From an uncultured Verrucomicrobiae bacterium (GTDB lineage: Bacteria > Verrucomicrobiota > Verrucomicrobiia > Palsa-1439): a stretch of 64,000 nucleotides of DNA. Of the stretch, positions 19,048 to 30,539 are shown piece after piece; positions within the stretch are counted from its first letter, which is position 1; each line of letters starts with the position of its first letter. The stretch spans positions 135,929 through 199,928 of the forward strand of contig CAVQGJ010000011.1 of assembly GCA_963712025.1 (NCBI GenBank). The letters are read 5' to 3'. The position numbers and the translations under genes are program-made. The notes under the pieces are model-generated. The model saw nothing but the letters and a program-made list of their open reading frames with translations, ran no database searches and was not told where the DNA came from.

Positions 19048-19206
19048 GCACAGTTGCTTGTCGTGCACCAAGAGGGGAGTGGTGGGCGGGCGGGCACTCG
19101 TATGAGGTGGGGCAAAGCGCGCGATGGGTCGCCAAATTCCAGAGCGAGAACGGCACTAAATGGACTGTATGGCTTTGGGGGCGGGGTTCTGCTATCCTTG
19201 GCCCGC

Positions 19207-21649
19207 GTGAGAACGAAGCCGGAGTTGATCGCCCCTGCGGGGAACATGGAATGCGCGCGCGCGGCTGTGGCCAACGGCGCGGACGCGGTGTATTTCGGTC
19301 TGCCGCGCTTCAACGCCCGGATGCGGGCGGACAATTTTACGGAGGAGCAGTTGCCGGAGTTGGTTCGGTTTCTGCACGCGCATCGTGTCCGGGCATTTTG
19401 CACGGTCAACACGCTCATTTTCACCGACGAACTCACCGACGCCGAACGCGAGTTGATGCTGCTCGACGCGGCGGGCGTGGATGTGGTGATCGTCCAGGAC
19501 CTCGGATTGGCGGTGCTCGCGCGCGAATTGGGCACGAAGATGGATGTTCATGCGTCGACGCAAATGACGATCACGTCACCGGAGGGCGCGAAGTTTGCGG
19601 CCCGGCTTGGCATCAAGCGGGTCGTGTTGGCGCGCGAGGCATCGATGCCGGAGATGGCGAAGTTTGGCGGAGCCGCCGAGGGTCTGCCGTCACTGGAGGT
19701 GTTTGTGCACGGCGCGTTGTGCGTGGCGTATTCGGGCCAGTGCCTGACGAGTGAGGCGTTGGGGCAACGGAGCGCCAACCGCGGGGAGTGCGCGCAGGCG
19801 TGCCGGTTGCCGTACGAACTGATCGTCGACGGCGTCGTGAAAGAGTTGGGCGACCGTCGATACCTGCTGTCGCCGCAGGACCTGATGGCGGTGCAGGAGA
19901 TTCCGGAACTGATTCGTCTCGGCGTGAGCGGTTTCAAGATCGAGGGGCGGCTAAAATCTCCCGAGTACGTGGCGGCGACGTGCCAGGTGTACCGCAAGGC
20001 GATTGACGCGGCGCTCGCGGAGCAATCCGCTGCCGTTGACGGCGCCGACAAGTACAAGCTGGAGATGACCTTCTCTCGCGGTCTGTATTCCGGTTGGTTG
20101 CATGGCGTGAACCATCAGGAATTGGTGCGGGCACGGTTCGGCAAGAAACGCGGGCCGTTTGTCGGAGCGATCCGACAGGTCGGGGCGGATCACGTCGAGG
20201 TGGACGCGCAGACGCCGTTGTCCGCCGGCGACGGCGTGGTGTTCGACACGGGTGGCGATCCGGACCACGAACAAGGCGGACGCATCTGGCAGGTGCGCGA
20301 GAATTGCCTGTTTTTCGAGCGTGGCCATGTGGACTTTGGCCGGTTGAAGCCGGGTGACCGGGTGTGGAAGACGAGCGACCCGCAACTCGAACGCGAGTTG
20401 AGGCGAACGTACAAGGGCGACATTCCGTTGCCGAAGACGAGGATCGACCTCGCGGTGAGTGGAGCCGTCGGCACACTCCTGACGGTGGAAGCGAATGGGG
20501 TGCGCGTCAATTCGTCGATGCCATTGCAGACGGCGTTCAAGCGGCCGCTGACGGAGAAAGCGTTGCGGGACCAACTCGGCCGTCTCGGGGAAACGGATTT
20601 CGTGTTGGGGGAGATCCATAACAAGCTCGTTGGACAAACCATTCTGCCCGTAAGCGAATTGAACCGGTTGCGTCGAGAACTCGTCGAGAAGATTCATTCA
20701 CCACGACAGGATGGGAATAATGAGGCGCAACCGTCACCCGCTGTTACGTCGGTTCTTTCGGAGTTGTTGGCGAACGTTCCGAGAGAAACGGTTGATCGTC
20801 CCCGGCAACTGGTTGCGCTCTGTCGAACGATGGATCAGCTCTCCGCCGCGCTGGAATCCGGTTGCGCCACCGTCTACGTGGATTTCGAGGACATCCGGCG
20901 GTATCACGAGGCTGTCGCGCAGGTGCGAGAGCGGGGCGGGGCAGAAATCTATCTGGCCACGCCGCGAATTCAAAAAGCCGGCGAGCAGGGGTTCTTCAAG
21001 CTGATCGAATCGGCCAAGCCGGATGGAGTTCTCATTCGCAACCTCGGCGGTCTGGATTATTTCCGGAGCAGTACGCTGCGAAAGGTCGGCGATTTTTCGC
21101 TCAATGTGGCCAATCCGTTGTCCGCCGAGCTTCTGATGCGGCGAGGGATTGGAACGCCTGACGGTTTCCTACGACCTGAACGCGCAGCAGGTGATCGATT
21201 TGTTACACGCGGCGCCGCCGCATTGGTTCGAGTTGACGGTCCACCAGCACATGCCGATGTTTCACATGGAGCACTGCGTGTTTGCAGCGTTTATGTCCAA
21301 TGGGACTGATGCCACGAATTGCGGGCGACCCTGCGACCGCCATAACGTGAAATTGCGCGATCGCGTGGGCGCGGAACATCCCCTCAAAGCGGACGTGGGC
21401 TGCCGCAACACCGTGTACCACGCAAAGGCCCAGAGCGGCGGTGATTTCGTGCGATCATTTGTCGAGGCCGGCACCCGCATCTTTCGCGTGGAATTGCTCG
21501 ACGAAGACGCCGCGAAAACGCGCGCGATCCTGCAGGCATACCGGGATTTGATCGAGGGAACCACGGCCGATTCATCCACTCGATTCCGCGGCTTAAATGT
21601 GGTGAAACAGTTGGGCGTTACCAGCGGGACATTGACCGTTTTGTCGTGA
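19207..21649 (+). CDS. Peptidase U32 family protein (long form), split by a frame change near 21145-21152
   Basis: VRTKPELIAPAGNMECARAAVANGADAVYFG, SGFKIEGRLKSPEYV. ORF 19054..21309 (...AELLMRRGI) continues in ORF 21149..21649 (ERLTVSYDLNAQQVIDLL...). GTG 19207 is chosen as the start. Confidence 0.8.
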
Positions 21650-21659
21650 CGGCCGCGGC

Positions 21660-22749
21660 TTACTCGGTTTCGCCCGAGGCCATCTGGTCAGTTGGTGGAA
21701 GTTCCTTGCGATGGGTGAGGAAGAACCCGCCACCGATAATGCTCCAGAACAGCGCGGCGAGGTAGCCCACCAGTGACATGACCAGCGCGACCGACCCGGC
21801 CACGCCGACTTCATGGAACATCTTGACGTACATCCCTTCGCGGACGCCAAAGCCCGAGATGGTGATGGGCACGGATGTCACCGAGTTGATGATCGGCAGG
21901 TACAGAAAATAATCCAAGAACGTCGCGGAACGAACCGCCAATCCCATCCCGACGCACCAGATGCTGAACATCGCGAAGAAGTGAACGGCAAATGAAATCA
22001 ACATCGTTTTGGTCAGGATCACGGGATGAGAGGCGTAGACCCGGTAGGCTTCCACCATCCGTCGCAAGGCGTCGTACTTCGGCATCCGTTGGAGCCAGGG
22101 GCGCAGGCCAGGAAATTTGTCGACAAAGCCCCGCCACAAGCCAACGAACGTCCCCACGATGGTGAAGACGATCACCGCGAGCGTCGCCATCGAAAACCAG
22201 AACAACTTGGGGTCGCGCAGGACACGGGTGTGATAGATCGCCATCATGACCAGGGCGATGATGAACAACGCCAGCAGACCGATCAAGCGATCCACGACGA
22301 CCGTGGCGATGGCCTCGGCCTTTTTGTGATGCGTCTCCTGCGCCACGTACAACGCCTTCATAACGTCTCCGCCGGTTGACCCGAGCATGAACGCGTTAAA
22401 AAACAGGCCAATGAAGGAAATCGAAAAGAGCCGCGAGATATTTTACGTCCAATCCCTGGACATGCAGAATCCACCGCCAGCGGGTGATTCCGAGAATGGC
22501 CGGTATGCCGGCGGAAAGGACGGCGGCGACGAGCCAGGTCGCGTCAATTTTCTGAAATTCGTGCCATAACGTCTGCGGGCCCACGCTCCACACGATCCGC
22601 GCGCGCGCCGCCCAGTCCAAAGCATCGGGGTCGATGTTGTGGGCCTGAAAGTACTCCAGCGCCTCCTTGTGAAAAATGCCGTTGAACAAGTAAGCCAGGA
22701 GGCCCACGCTAACGAGTACCCGCAATAACGCGCCCAGGTGTTTTTTCAT
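21660..22749 (-). CDS. Flippase-like / lysylphosphatidylglycerol-synthase TM-region family membrane protein, split by a frame change near 22437-22446
   Basis: N-terminal part RVLVSVGLLAYLF...ITRWRWILHVQGLDVK, then in the other frame ISRLFSISFIGLFFNAFMLGSTGGDVMKALYVA. Confidence 0.7.
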
Positions 22750-23670
22750 ACCGCGACCGTCTTCCGTAGCAGGTCGTGCACCCGTTTTGCGCCGTCGATG
22801 ATTTCCTCGGCCTTCCAGTGGGGATGAATTTCCCAGGCGAGCACCATGCTGTCCGTGATAAACGGCGCCAGCCGCCCAAAGTCGTACGTCCCAAGACCCG
22901 GCGGGAGGTGATCCCGAGCGGGCGGCTTAAAATCCTGCAGATGCATTCCGGCGGTGCGGCCGCGAAATCGATTCAAGATGCCGTCGACGCTCATCAGTCC
23001 GAGAACTTCTTTCACGGCGGCATGGCCGACGTCGTGCCAATACATGATCGTCTCCGTCCCGAAATGCGTGAGAATCTGCTCGGCCTCCTCCTCGTTGGGG
23101 ATCTCTTCGATGCTGAGACGCGTCTCCATCCCGATCTTCACGCCCATTTCCTTCGCCCGGGGCAGCACCTCATCCAGTGTGCGGTACACCTGATCGAGAG
23201 GCCGTCTGGCGTTTCTTGTCGCGGACGGCGATGGCTTTCTCGGCTAGCCGGTGGTATTTGGGGCTGTCAGCGCGCTCTTCAAATTGAAGATCCAACAGAC
23301 GCGCTGTGTAATGGCGCATCGGGACCTGCCCGAGATGCATCACCACGGCCTTCGCGCCGAGCGCCGCCGCGCAATCGATCGTCCGCAACGTGTGGCGCAC
23401 GGCATATTTGCGCTCCTCTTCATCCCGCGAACTGGGCAGGTAGTAATTGGGGGCCGGGCCCATGACCCCGATGGGAGTCGGGCAAAAATTGTGGAGCGAA
23501 CTGATCTTAATCTCACCGGCGGCCACGGCTTCCTGCACTCCCGTCATGAGGGACAATCGCGTGCCGTGACCCAGCTCCACGTACTCGAAGCCGAGCGCGC
23601 GCACCTCATTGACCATCGCGCGCCCGTCGATGTGGCGCTCCGAATTCCAGCAGGTCGAGAATGCAAACAT
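22746..23670 (-). CDS. Sugar phosphate isomerase/epimerase (xylose isomerase-like TIM barrel), split by a frame change near 23195-23210
   Basis: MFAFSTCWNSERH...FEYVELGHG...AVVMHLG, then ...VKIGMETR...MYWHDVGHA... in the second ORF. Confidence 0.7.
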
Positions 23671-23750
23671 GAAAACGGGGGTCAGCCCCGAATGCGTTCG
23701 GGGCCAGCGCCGCAACGCGACCGCTGGCCCCGGGATTGGTTCGTGCGTGT

Positions 23751-23927
23751 TTAGAAACCTATGAAGGTACGCGGTCCTCGCGCCTTCCGCCGTCGCTTTT
23801 CGCTCGGCTTTTCGTAGTGGCGATGCGCCCGCGCTTCGCGCAATGTGCCTTCGCGATCCAGCTTCTTCTTCAGCCGGCGCAATGCTTTTTCCACGGGCTC
23901 ACCTTTTTTCAGTCTGACTTCCGACAA
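23751..23927 (-). CDS. rpsU: 30S ribosomal protein S21
   Basis: Not in the track (58 aa). My own translation from TTG gives (M)[57 protein letters not shown]. Confidence 0.85.
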   Translation of the reverse strand: MSEVRLKKGEPVEKALRRLKKKLDREGTLREARAHRHYEKPSEKRRRKARGPRTFIGF

Positions 23928-24016
23928 TCTCGATTCACACCCCTCTCATACGCTTCTCACCCCGATCTCCGGAAGACGGGGAATGAAAACTCTCAGCGTC
24001 CCTGCAATAGCCACGC

Positions 24017-24045
24017 ATCATACCAGCTGTGGCGGTTCGTGTCAA
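24017..24045 (-). promoter_or_regulatory. sigma70-type promoter for rpsU
   Basis: On the minus strand: TTGACA, 17 nt, TATGAT. It lies about 90 nt upstream of the rpsU start. Confidence 0.6.
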
Positions 24046-24114
24046 TGCGCTGGCCGGGCTGGGAGGCTCGTGTCGGCAGGTTGAGCGTACGTGGTGCGCC
24101 GTATGCGGCGTCTC

Positions 24115-25563
24115 TCAGCGGTTGGCGAGGAATTCTTGTAACGCCGCGGCCATTTTCGGCCCGATGCCGGGGACATTCGCAATGGCCTCGGCGCCGGCCT
24201 CGCGAAGCCGCTGGATGGAACCGAAATGCTGCAACAGGGCCAACTTGCGCTTCTCGCCGAGGCCGGGGAATTCGTCGAGGACGGATTCCTGGACGCGACG
24301 CTTCCGGAGCTTTTGGTGATAGGCGTTGGCAAAACGATGGGCTTCGTCCCGCAGCCGTTGAATCAGATGCAGAGCAGGGGAATTGCGCGGCAGGCGGATC
24401 GGCAAAGTCTGGTCGGGAACGTGAATCTCTTCCATCTGTTTGGCGAGTCCGATCACGGGCAGATCGCGGATCTCCAGTTTCCAGAGCGCCCGTAGCGCCG
24501 CCATGAGCTGGCCTTTGCCGCCATCCACCATCACCAGATCGGGCAGCGCGCCGCCTTCCGCGCGAACGCGGGCGTACCGGCGACCGACCACCTCGGCCAT
24601 CGACGCAAAGTCGTCGCTGCCCTCGACGGTCTTGATCCGATAGTGACGGTAATGCTCCTTGTGGGGTCTGCCGTCTCGAAAGCAAACGGCTGAGGCGACC
24701 GACAGCGTCCCGCTGATGTTCGAGATGTCGAAGCCTTCGACGTGCCGGGGTGATTGCAGCAGTCCGAGCACTTGCTGGAGTTCGTCCATTTCCTGTTGGG
24801 GTGCGAGATTCGGGGCGAAATCACGGGCAAACTTCCGCTCGTGCGCGGCCCGCCCGATCTCGCGGAGGCTGTTGATGACATCGCGGAACCCGGCAGCGGC
24901 CTCGAATTTCATCGCCTTCGCCGCGTCGCGCATCGCCTCCTCGAGTTGTTGGATGGCCTCCTTGCTTCGGCCTTCGAGGAATTCGCAGGCCATCTCGACC
25001 CGGCGCAGGTACTCGTCGTGCGACATCTCGGCGAGCGGGACTGGCACCAGATAGGTCGAGTACTTGAGGTCCTTCTCCTTCGGCTCGCCGGTGCCCTGCA
25101 CGAGCACGCCGTATTTCTTGCGCATCCATTGCATGACCTGACGCACCGCACCGGCGTGCGCGAACGGGCCAAAATAGCGCGCGCCATCGTCCTTCTTCAG
25201 GCGGGCGAACTTGAAACGCGGGTAGGTCTCGTTCAAGCTGATCTTCACCATGAGGAACCGTTTGTCGTCCTTGAACATTGCGTTGTAACGCGGCTTGTAT
25301 TCCTTGATCAGCTTGCCTTCGAGAAGCAGCGCCTCGGGTTCGCTCTTGACGACGAACGTCTCGAAATCCGCGATGGACTCGATGAGCGCGCGGGTCTTCG
25401 GGTCCCACCGCATCGCGCGCGACGGATGAAAATACTGGCCCACGCGTTTGCGCAACGACCGGGCCTTGCCGACGTAGATCACCCGCCCGAGCTGGTCGCG
25501 CATCAAATACACGCCCGGCTTGTTCGGCAGGTCGCGGACTTTGGCTTTGAGATTGGTATTCAT
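24115..25563 (-). CDS. uvrC: Excinuclease ABC subunit C
   Basis: MNTNLKAKVRDLPNKPGVYLMRDQLGRVIYVGKARSLRKRV (GIY-YIG), a UVR domain, and C-terminal (HhH)2 FGSIQRLREAGAEAIANVPGIGPKMA. The track ORF extends spuriously to 25932. Confidence 0.9.
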   Translation of the reverse strand: MNTNLKAKVRDLPNKPGVYLMRDQLGRVIYVGKARSLRKRVGQYFHPSRAMRWDPKTRALIESIADFETFVVKSEPEALLLEGKLIKEYKPRYNAMFKDDKRFLMVKISLNETYPRFKFARLKKDDGARYFGPFAHAGAVRQVMQWMRKKYGVLVQGTGEPKEKDLKYSTYLVPVPLAEMSHDEYLRRVEMACEFLEGRSKEAIQQLEEAMRDAAKAMKFEAAAGFRDVINSLREIGRAAHERKFARDFAPNLAPQQEMDELQQVLGLLQSPRHVEGFDISNISGTLSVASAVCFRDGRPHKEHYRHYRIKTVEGSDDFASMAEVVGRRYARVRAEGGALPDLVMVDGGKGQLMAALRALWKLEIRDLPVIGLAKQMEEIHVPDQTLPIRLPRNSPALHLIQRLRDEAHRFANAYHQKLRKRRVQESVLDEFPGLGEKRKLALLQHFGSIQRLREAGAEAIANVPGIGPKMAAALQEFLANR

Positions 25564-25586
25564 CCCATGCGGGCGACGGTTGATCT

Positions 25587-27190
25587 CTACACCGAACTGT
25601 CGGGGACGGTACGCGAGCCAAACTTCAACACGGCGAGCAGTTCGGCAAGTTCCTCCACACCCAATACCTGACACGCGGCGCCGAAGATGATCACCGCGAC
25701 GGTCATGGAAGCGGCCATGTCGAGGTAGCGATTGAACTCGCAGAACCGATGGGTGCCGTACGCGGCCGCAGTCATGATCCCCGACGCGAGGGCCACTCTC
25801 AGGAAGGACCGCAGGAGCGTGCTGGCTTCGATACGTCCGATCTTGCGTCGCATCAGGGCGAGTAACAGGAAGAAGTTGAAGAGCGCGACCGTCGACGTTG
25901 AGAGCGCCAGCCCGGCGGTCTTCATGTGACACACGATTGCAAAGAGGTAGTCCGTGCTGGCATTGACGACAACGGACACGAACCCGACGTACATCGGGGT
26001 CCGCGAGTCACCCAACGCATAAAACGTCGGCGCGATAATTTTGATCGCGGCATAGGCGACCAGGCCGGCGGAGAACGCGCGCACGCATGCGACGGTCTGT
26101 TCCGTGGCGAACGCGTCGAATTTCCCGTGCTGGTAAATCGTCGAGATGATGGGCATCGCCAGTACCGACAGCCCGCAGGCGGCGGGGACGCACAGGAAGA
26201 ACGCGAGACGGATCGGACCGGGCGAGGATCTTGCGGAACGCGACCATGTCTCCGCGCCCGGCATGGGCGCTGACGCTGGGCAGAGTCGCCACGCCAATGG
26301 CGACGCCGAACAGGCCGATGGGGAATTGCATCAGCCGGAACGCGCAATTGAGCCAGGTGACGGCGCCATTCCCGAAAAATGAGGCGAACCACTGGTCAAC
26401 AAAGATGTTGATGGGTACCACGGCGGTGCCGATGACGGATGGCCCGAGCAACCGCAAGACCTGACGAAACCCCGGATCGTGCCAATCGAGAATGGGTTGG
26501 TAATGATAACCGACGCCGCGCAGGCTCGGAATCTGGATCATCCATTGCATCGCGCCGCCGATGAGGGTGCCGATGCTCATGCCGATCATGGCGCGCCCGG
26601 CGAGGGATGGATTGTGAAGAAACCCCGGCGCGAGCAGGAACGCAAAGGCCAGTCCGCCGACGATCGACCCGACATTGAACATCATCGAGGCGCTGGCCGG
26701 AACGCCGAACCGATGTTTGGCATTCAACATCCCCATCGCCAGCGCCGCCAGGGCGACCATGGGTAGGAACGGGAACATAATCCGCGTCAGGGTGGTGGTG
26801 AGTTCGGTTTTGCCCGGGGATTTGGGCGAACCCGGGCGCAATGATTCGCACCAACCACGGCGAGAGGAGGACACCGGCGATCGTGATGAGTCCGAGGACG
26901 ATAATCAACGCGTTCAGGACGAGATTCGCCAGGCGCCAGGCCGCCTGATCGCCTTCCTTGGAAAGCTTCTGGGACAGCGTGGTGACGAACGCCGCCGACA
27001 AGGCGCCTTCGGCGAAGAGATCGCGCAACAGATTGGGGATACGGAACGCTGTGACAAACGCGTCGAATTCGCGGTTGGCGCCAAAGAGAGCTGCCAGCAC
27101 CTGTTCGCGGACGAGCCCGAGGACACGGCTCCCCAATACCGCGAGGCTGACCGTGCGCGCCGAGCGGGTGACGCTGTAACGCTCGCTCAT
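25587..27190 (-). CDS. murJ: Lipid II flippase MurJ (MviN), split into three frames by two frame changes (about 26813-26819 and about 26225-26235)
   Basis: ORFs 26396..27190, 26008..26874 and 25587..26297 read consecutively as MurJ: ...LGLVREQVLAALFGANREFDAFVTAFRIPNLLRDLFAEGALSAAF... / ...IPG|KTELTTTLTRIMFPFLP... / ...PIRLAFFLCVPAACGL... Confidence 0.85.
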
Positions 27191-28302
27191 GGTTTCAGGG
27201 CGGTCTTGTCCTCCACGCCCAACTGTTTCAGGACCGCCTTGACGACCGCGCCCACCTGAATGCGGTCCATGCAGCGAAAATCAATCGGACACTTCCGCAG
27301 GAAGCACGGGCTGCATTCCACCGGCTCGCGGACGATGACGCTGCGTGGAGACAGCGGCCCCGTGAGTTCCGGTGAGGTCGAACCCCAAATACTGACGGTG
27401 GGCGTACCCAACGCGGCGCCCAGGTGCATCGGACCCGTGTCGTTGGTCAGGAGCACCTTGCAGAACCGCAGGAGCGCGCACAAGTCGAGCAACGTGGTCT
27501 GGCCGACGACGTTGACCACGGAACTCTCGGCCAATTGGGCCTCGCGCAGACGGGTTTCGATCTCACGCGAGATGTCAACGTCGTCACGGCCGCCAACAAT
27601 GAGCCAGCGGACATCGGTAAGTTCGGTGACCTTGATGGCGGCCTGGGCGAAGCGTTCCGCGGGCCAGCGTTTGGCGGGGCCGTATTCGGCGCCAGCGTTG
27701 ATGGCGACAACGGGCCGGCCGTCATCGCGGAGGAATTTATTGAGCGCCGGCATCTCTTCGATGGCCAGACGGACACGCGGCGGGGCGGGGTCACGATTGC
27801 CGCCGAGATAAGCGACGATGTCGAGGTACCGCTCCGACTGATGTCGGGTCGAGCGAAACACTTTCACCCGGAAAGTCTTGCCGTCCACCGACCGGTTCTC
27901 GTACCGGGCACGCTCGGCGCGGGGTTCGTGGACGATATCCGTGAGCAGGAACCGGCGCCAGTGCCCGCCGAAACCGATCCGGCGGGGGATACCGGCGCGT
28001 TTGCATTCCCAGGCCGAGCGGAACGAATTGGGGAAAATGACGGCCAAATCGAACTGGCGTCGGCGCAACCCGTCGAGGTCGAGCTTGCGGCCAAACGGGA
28101 TCAGGTCGTTGAGGTAGGGATTGTGACGCCAGAGATCGGTGAGTTTGCCGGGGCAGAGCATGGCGATGTAGGCGGTCGGCGCGAGTTCGCGAAGGCGCTG
28201 AACGGCCGGCATGGTCATGACTGAATCGCCAATCCAGTTGGTCGCGCGGATGAGGATGCGCGTGTTCTGGTTATCCGTGACAAATGTTGGCGACTGCGTC
28301 AT
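27187..28302 (-). CDS. Glycosyltransferase family 9 (LPS heptosyltransferase, WaaF-like)
   Basis: RILIRATNWIGDSVMTMPAVQRL..., LVTNDTGPMHLGAALGTPTVSIWG. The start chosen is MTQSPTF at 28302. Confidence 0.8.
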   Translation of the reverse strand: MTQSPTFVTDNQNTRILIRATNWIGDSVMTMPAVQRLRELAPTAYIAMLCPGKLTDLWRHNPYLNDLIPFGRKLDLDGLRRRQFDLAVIFPNSFRSAWECKRAGIPRRIGFGGHWRRFLLTDIVHEPRAERARYENRSVDGKTFRVKVFRSTRHQSERYLDIVAYLGGNRDPAPPRVRLAIEEMPALNKFLRDDGRPVVAINAGAEYGPAKRWPAERFAQAAIKVTELTDVRWLIVGGRDDVDISREIETRLREAQLAESSVVNVVGQTTLLDLCALLRFCKVLLTNDTGPMHLGAALGTPTVSIWGSTSPELTGPLSPRSVIVREPVECSPCFLRKCPIDFRCMDRIQVGAVVKAVLKQLGVEDKTALKP

Positions 28303-29431
28303 CAAAGTCCTTGGCGCCGGAGATGATCCGAATTTCAACCCGCAAGTAGTAGACGGGAATGTCGCGGCGGTCAATCTTGGGGAAGCGCACGGCATCCTTT
28401 TCCGTGGTGAGGATGGCTGCGGCCCCGCGTTTGAGGCTGCGGTTGATCATATTGATGATTTCCTGCTGGCTGTAGCGGTGATGATCGGCATACCGCTTGG
28501 CGTAGACGAGGTTGGCGCCCAGGCCCTGGAGCCCTTCCTCAAAACTCTCGGGAACCGCGATGCCGGAGATGGCGGCGATGGGCATGTCCCGCAGTGTTTC
28601 CAACGGATGGCGTTCCCCGGTGAATACGTCCTGCAAGTACAGCGGCTGGTGTGCGCACTCGATGATCTCGGCCTGCTGGTTGAACTGGCGGATGGCCTTG
28701 CGGAGTTTCTTGGCCCCGAGTTCGCTCGATTTCGTGATGAAAATGTAATGGGCGCGCTTGAGGTTGCGGATCGGCTCGCGAAGGGTGCCCCGGGGAAGGA
28801 GATAATGATTGCCAAACGGGTTGTTGCGGTCGATGAGGCAGATATCGAGGCGGCTCTTCAGGGCGAGGTACTGAAACCCGTCATCGAGGAGAAGTGTATC
28901 GCAGCCGAATTTCGAAATGGCGTAGCGGCCGCTCTTGACACGGTCTTTGTCGACGAGGACGACGACATCCCGGAGATTGGAAGCGAGCATGTAGGGTTCA
29001 TCGCCGGCTTGCTCGCTATCGAGCAACAAGGACCGGCCGTCGGACACAATCTTGGGTGGAACCTTGTCTTCGCGGAAGGCGAGTTTGGAGAGCAACCGTT
29101 GCCAGAGCGGTCGCGGCACGCTCTTGTAGCCCCGCGAGAGGATGGCCACGCGACGGCCGCGCTGTTGGAGGGCGCGAGCAAAGACTTCCACCACGGGAGT
29201 CTTGCCGGTTCCGCCGACACTGAGGTTGCCGATGCTGACGACCTGGCAGCCAAGGGTGTGGTCGCGGAAGATGCGGTGTTGCCAGAGGCGCAAGCGGATT
29301 TGGACGCACAGTTGGTAAATCTTGGAGAGGCCGAGTAAAATCGCGCTGGTGATGCGCGCAGACAGGTCCCGGCGGCGCTCAAAAATGACATCGAGAACGT
29401 ATTGCTCGACGCTTTCAGTCCATTGCCACAT
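28271..29431 (-). CDS. lpxK: Tetraacyldisaccharide 4'-kinase
   Basis: [41 protein letters not shown]. Confidence 0.85.
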   Translation of the reverse strand: MWQWTESVEQYVLDVIFERRRDLSARITSAILLGLSKIYQLCVQIRLRLWQHRIFRDHTLGCQVVSIGNLSVGGTGKTPVVEVFARALQQRGRRVAILSRGYKSVPRPLWQRLLSKLAFREDKVPPKIVSDGRSLLLDSEQAGDEPYMLASNLRDVVVLVDKDRVKSGRYAISKFGCDTLLLDDGFQYLALKSRLDICLIDRNNPFGNHYLLPRGTLREPIRNLKRAHYIFITKSSELGAKKLRKAIRQFNQQAEIIECAHQPLYLQDVFTGERHPLETLRDMPIAAISGIAVPESFEEGLQGLGANLVYAKRYADHHRYSQQEIINMINRSLKRGAAAILTTEKDAVRFPKIDRRDIPVYYLRVEIRIISGAKDFDDAVANICHG

Positions 29432-29510
29432 GTGCTCGTATACTGCCGCAGGCGGCGGTGGGGGTCAAGCCAACCGCAGGCGTGGCTCTCGCGGATGAAG
29501 AGTGATTGCC

Positions 29511-29545
29511 AGAAACGAAACACCCGGCCAACGTGATTGGCCGGG
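29511..29545 (-). terminator. Rho-independent-like terminator after the PEP-CTERM gene
   Basis: On the minus strand: CCCGGCCAA-tcacg-TTGGCCGGG followed by tgTTTcgTTTc. It lies 24 nt after the stop at 29569. Confidence 0.55.
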
Positions 29546-29568
29546 CGTCGATAAGAAGTCGTGCCGGT

Positions 29569-30327
29569 CTATTTGCGGCGTCTCAAGATCACGAGTCCCG
29601 CCATTGCCGCTCCCAAAAGGGCCATCGTGCTGGGTTCGGGAATCTGGGCGAAGGATTGGTCGACGATTGAAAGAAACGCGTAATTGGACGCCGGATTGCC
29701 GCAAGCAATCCCACCAGGATCACCAGAAACCGACAAATCTTTCTCGATCCAGATCATGGACTGAGGCGTGCTGAACGTCACGAAGTCCTCAAGATTGGTG
29801 GCAGTGCTGGCATTGATGGTGGCGAATAGATTCGCGATGGATCCAACTCCAAATCCGTTCGTGTAGATATTCTCCGAAACGGACGCTTCTCCCATCCCGG
29901 TGGCGCCCCCGTTGATGGTCAGGTCCACACCCGATATCAAGTTGAAGGGGTTGTTGACCTGAACACTGAAGCTCAGTTTGATGTCATTCGAGTCCAGGTT
30001 CTGAGCAGAGAAACCCGCCAACTGGAAGGAAAGGCCATATCCGACCCCATTGTTGAGCCCAGACAGCACAAGATCAGAGGCAGTAAGATAACTGTTGGTA
30101 TTTCCGCTTGTACTAATGTACTGGAACCCAAACTTCCCGAAGAGCTTGTCGCCGACCAGGACGTGGAGCGTGCTGGGGGCAACAACATTAGAGAAATTAA
30201 TCGAGCCGCCGTCGGTGAGATTGGTGACTGCAACGATCGCTTGAACGGAAGGGGATAGTGCTCCCAGCAGCACAACCAACACGATCCTGCCCAATTGTTT
30301 GCTCGCCGTGCCCCTGATTGCGCCCAT
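29569..30327 (-). CDS. PEP-CTERM sorting-domain secreted protein
   Basis: Signal peptide ...LVVLLGALSPSVQA and C-terminal IPEPSTMALLGAAMAGLVILRRRK (PEP motif, TM, basic tail). Confidence 0.8.
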   Translation of the reverse strand: MGAIRGTASKQLGRIVLVVLLGALSPSVQAIVAVTNLTDGGSINFSNVVAPSTLHVLVGDKLFGKFGFQYISTSGNTNSYLTASDLVLSGLNNGVGYGLSFQLAGFSAQNLDSNDIKLSFSVQVNNPFNLISGVDLTINGGATGMGEASVSENIYTNGFGVGSIANLFATINASTATNLEDFVTFSTPQSMIWIEKDLSVSGDPGGIACGNPASNYAFLSIVDQSFAQIPEPSTMALLGAAMAGLVILRRRK

Positions 30328-30418
30328 AAATTATCACCTTCCGCAGAAATCTACTCGCCCACTACGTCAAAATCCCACTCGCTACCCCTACATGAGGGTT
30401 AGTTCACACCGTGCGTAC

Positions 30419-30447
30419 ATTCTAGTAAGCCGCACACTTGAAGTCAA
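30419..30447 (-). promoter_or_regulatory. sigma70-type promoter for the PEP-CTERM gene
   Basis: On the minus strand: TTGACT, 17 nt, TAGAAT, in an AT-richer intergenic stretch. Confidence 0.6.
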
Positions 30448-30539
30448 GTACTTAGTTGCAAATAGTACCGATTGCAAGTCAGCCACTTCCGTCGAGAACG
30501 CCGCACACGAAGACAGCCAGAAAGGGCCGGGAAGCACGG

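Noticed and set aside
23736-24506. ORF 23736..24506 (+, 256 aa) and other ORFs covering 23716-24114.
   Set aside because: The region is explained by rpsU (23751..23927, minus strand, clear S21 sequence), its promoter, and the 3' end of uvrC. The + strand ORF is Arg/Pro-rich noise.
30440-30475. sigma54-like GG...GC element upstream of the PEP-CTERM gene (minus strand, cGGTACtatttGCAa).
   Set aside because: The spacing between GG and GC is 8 nt, not 10. A strong sigma70 promoter (TTGACT-17-TAGAAT) explains the region.
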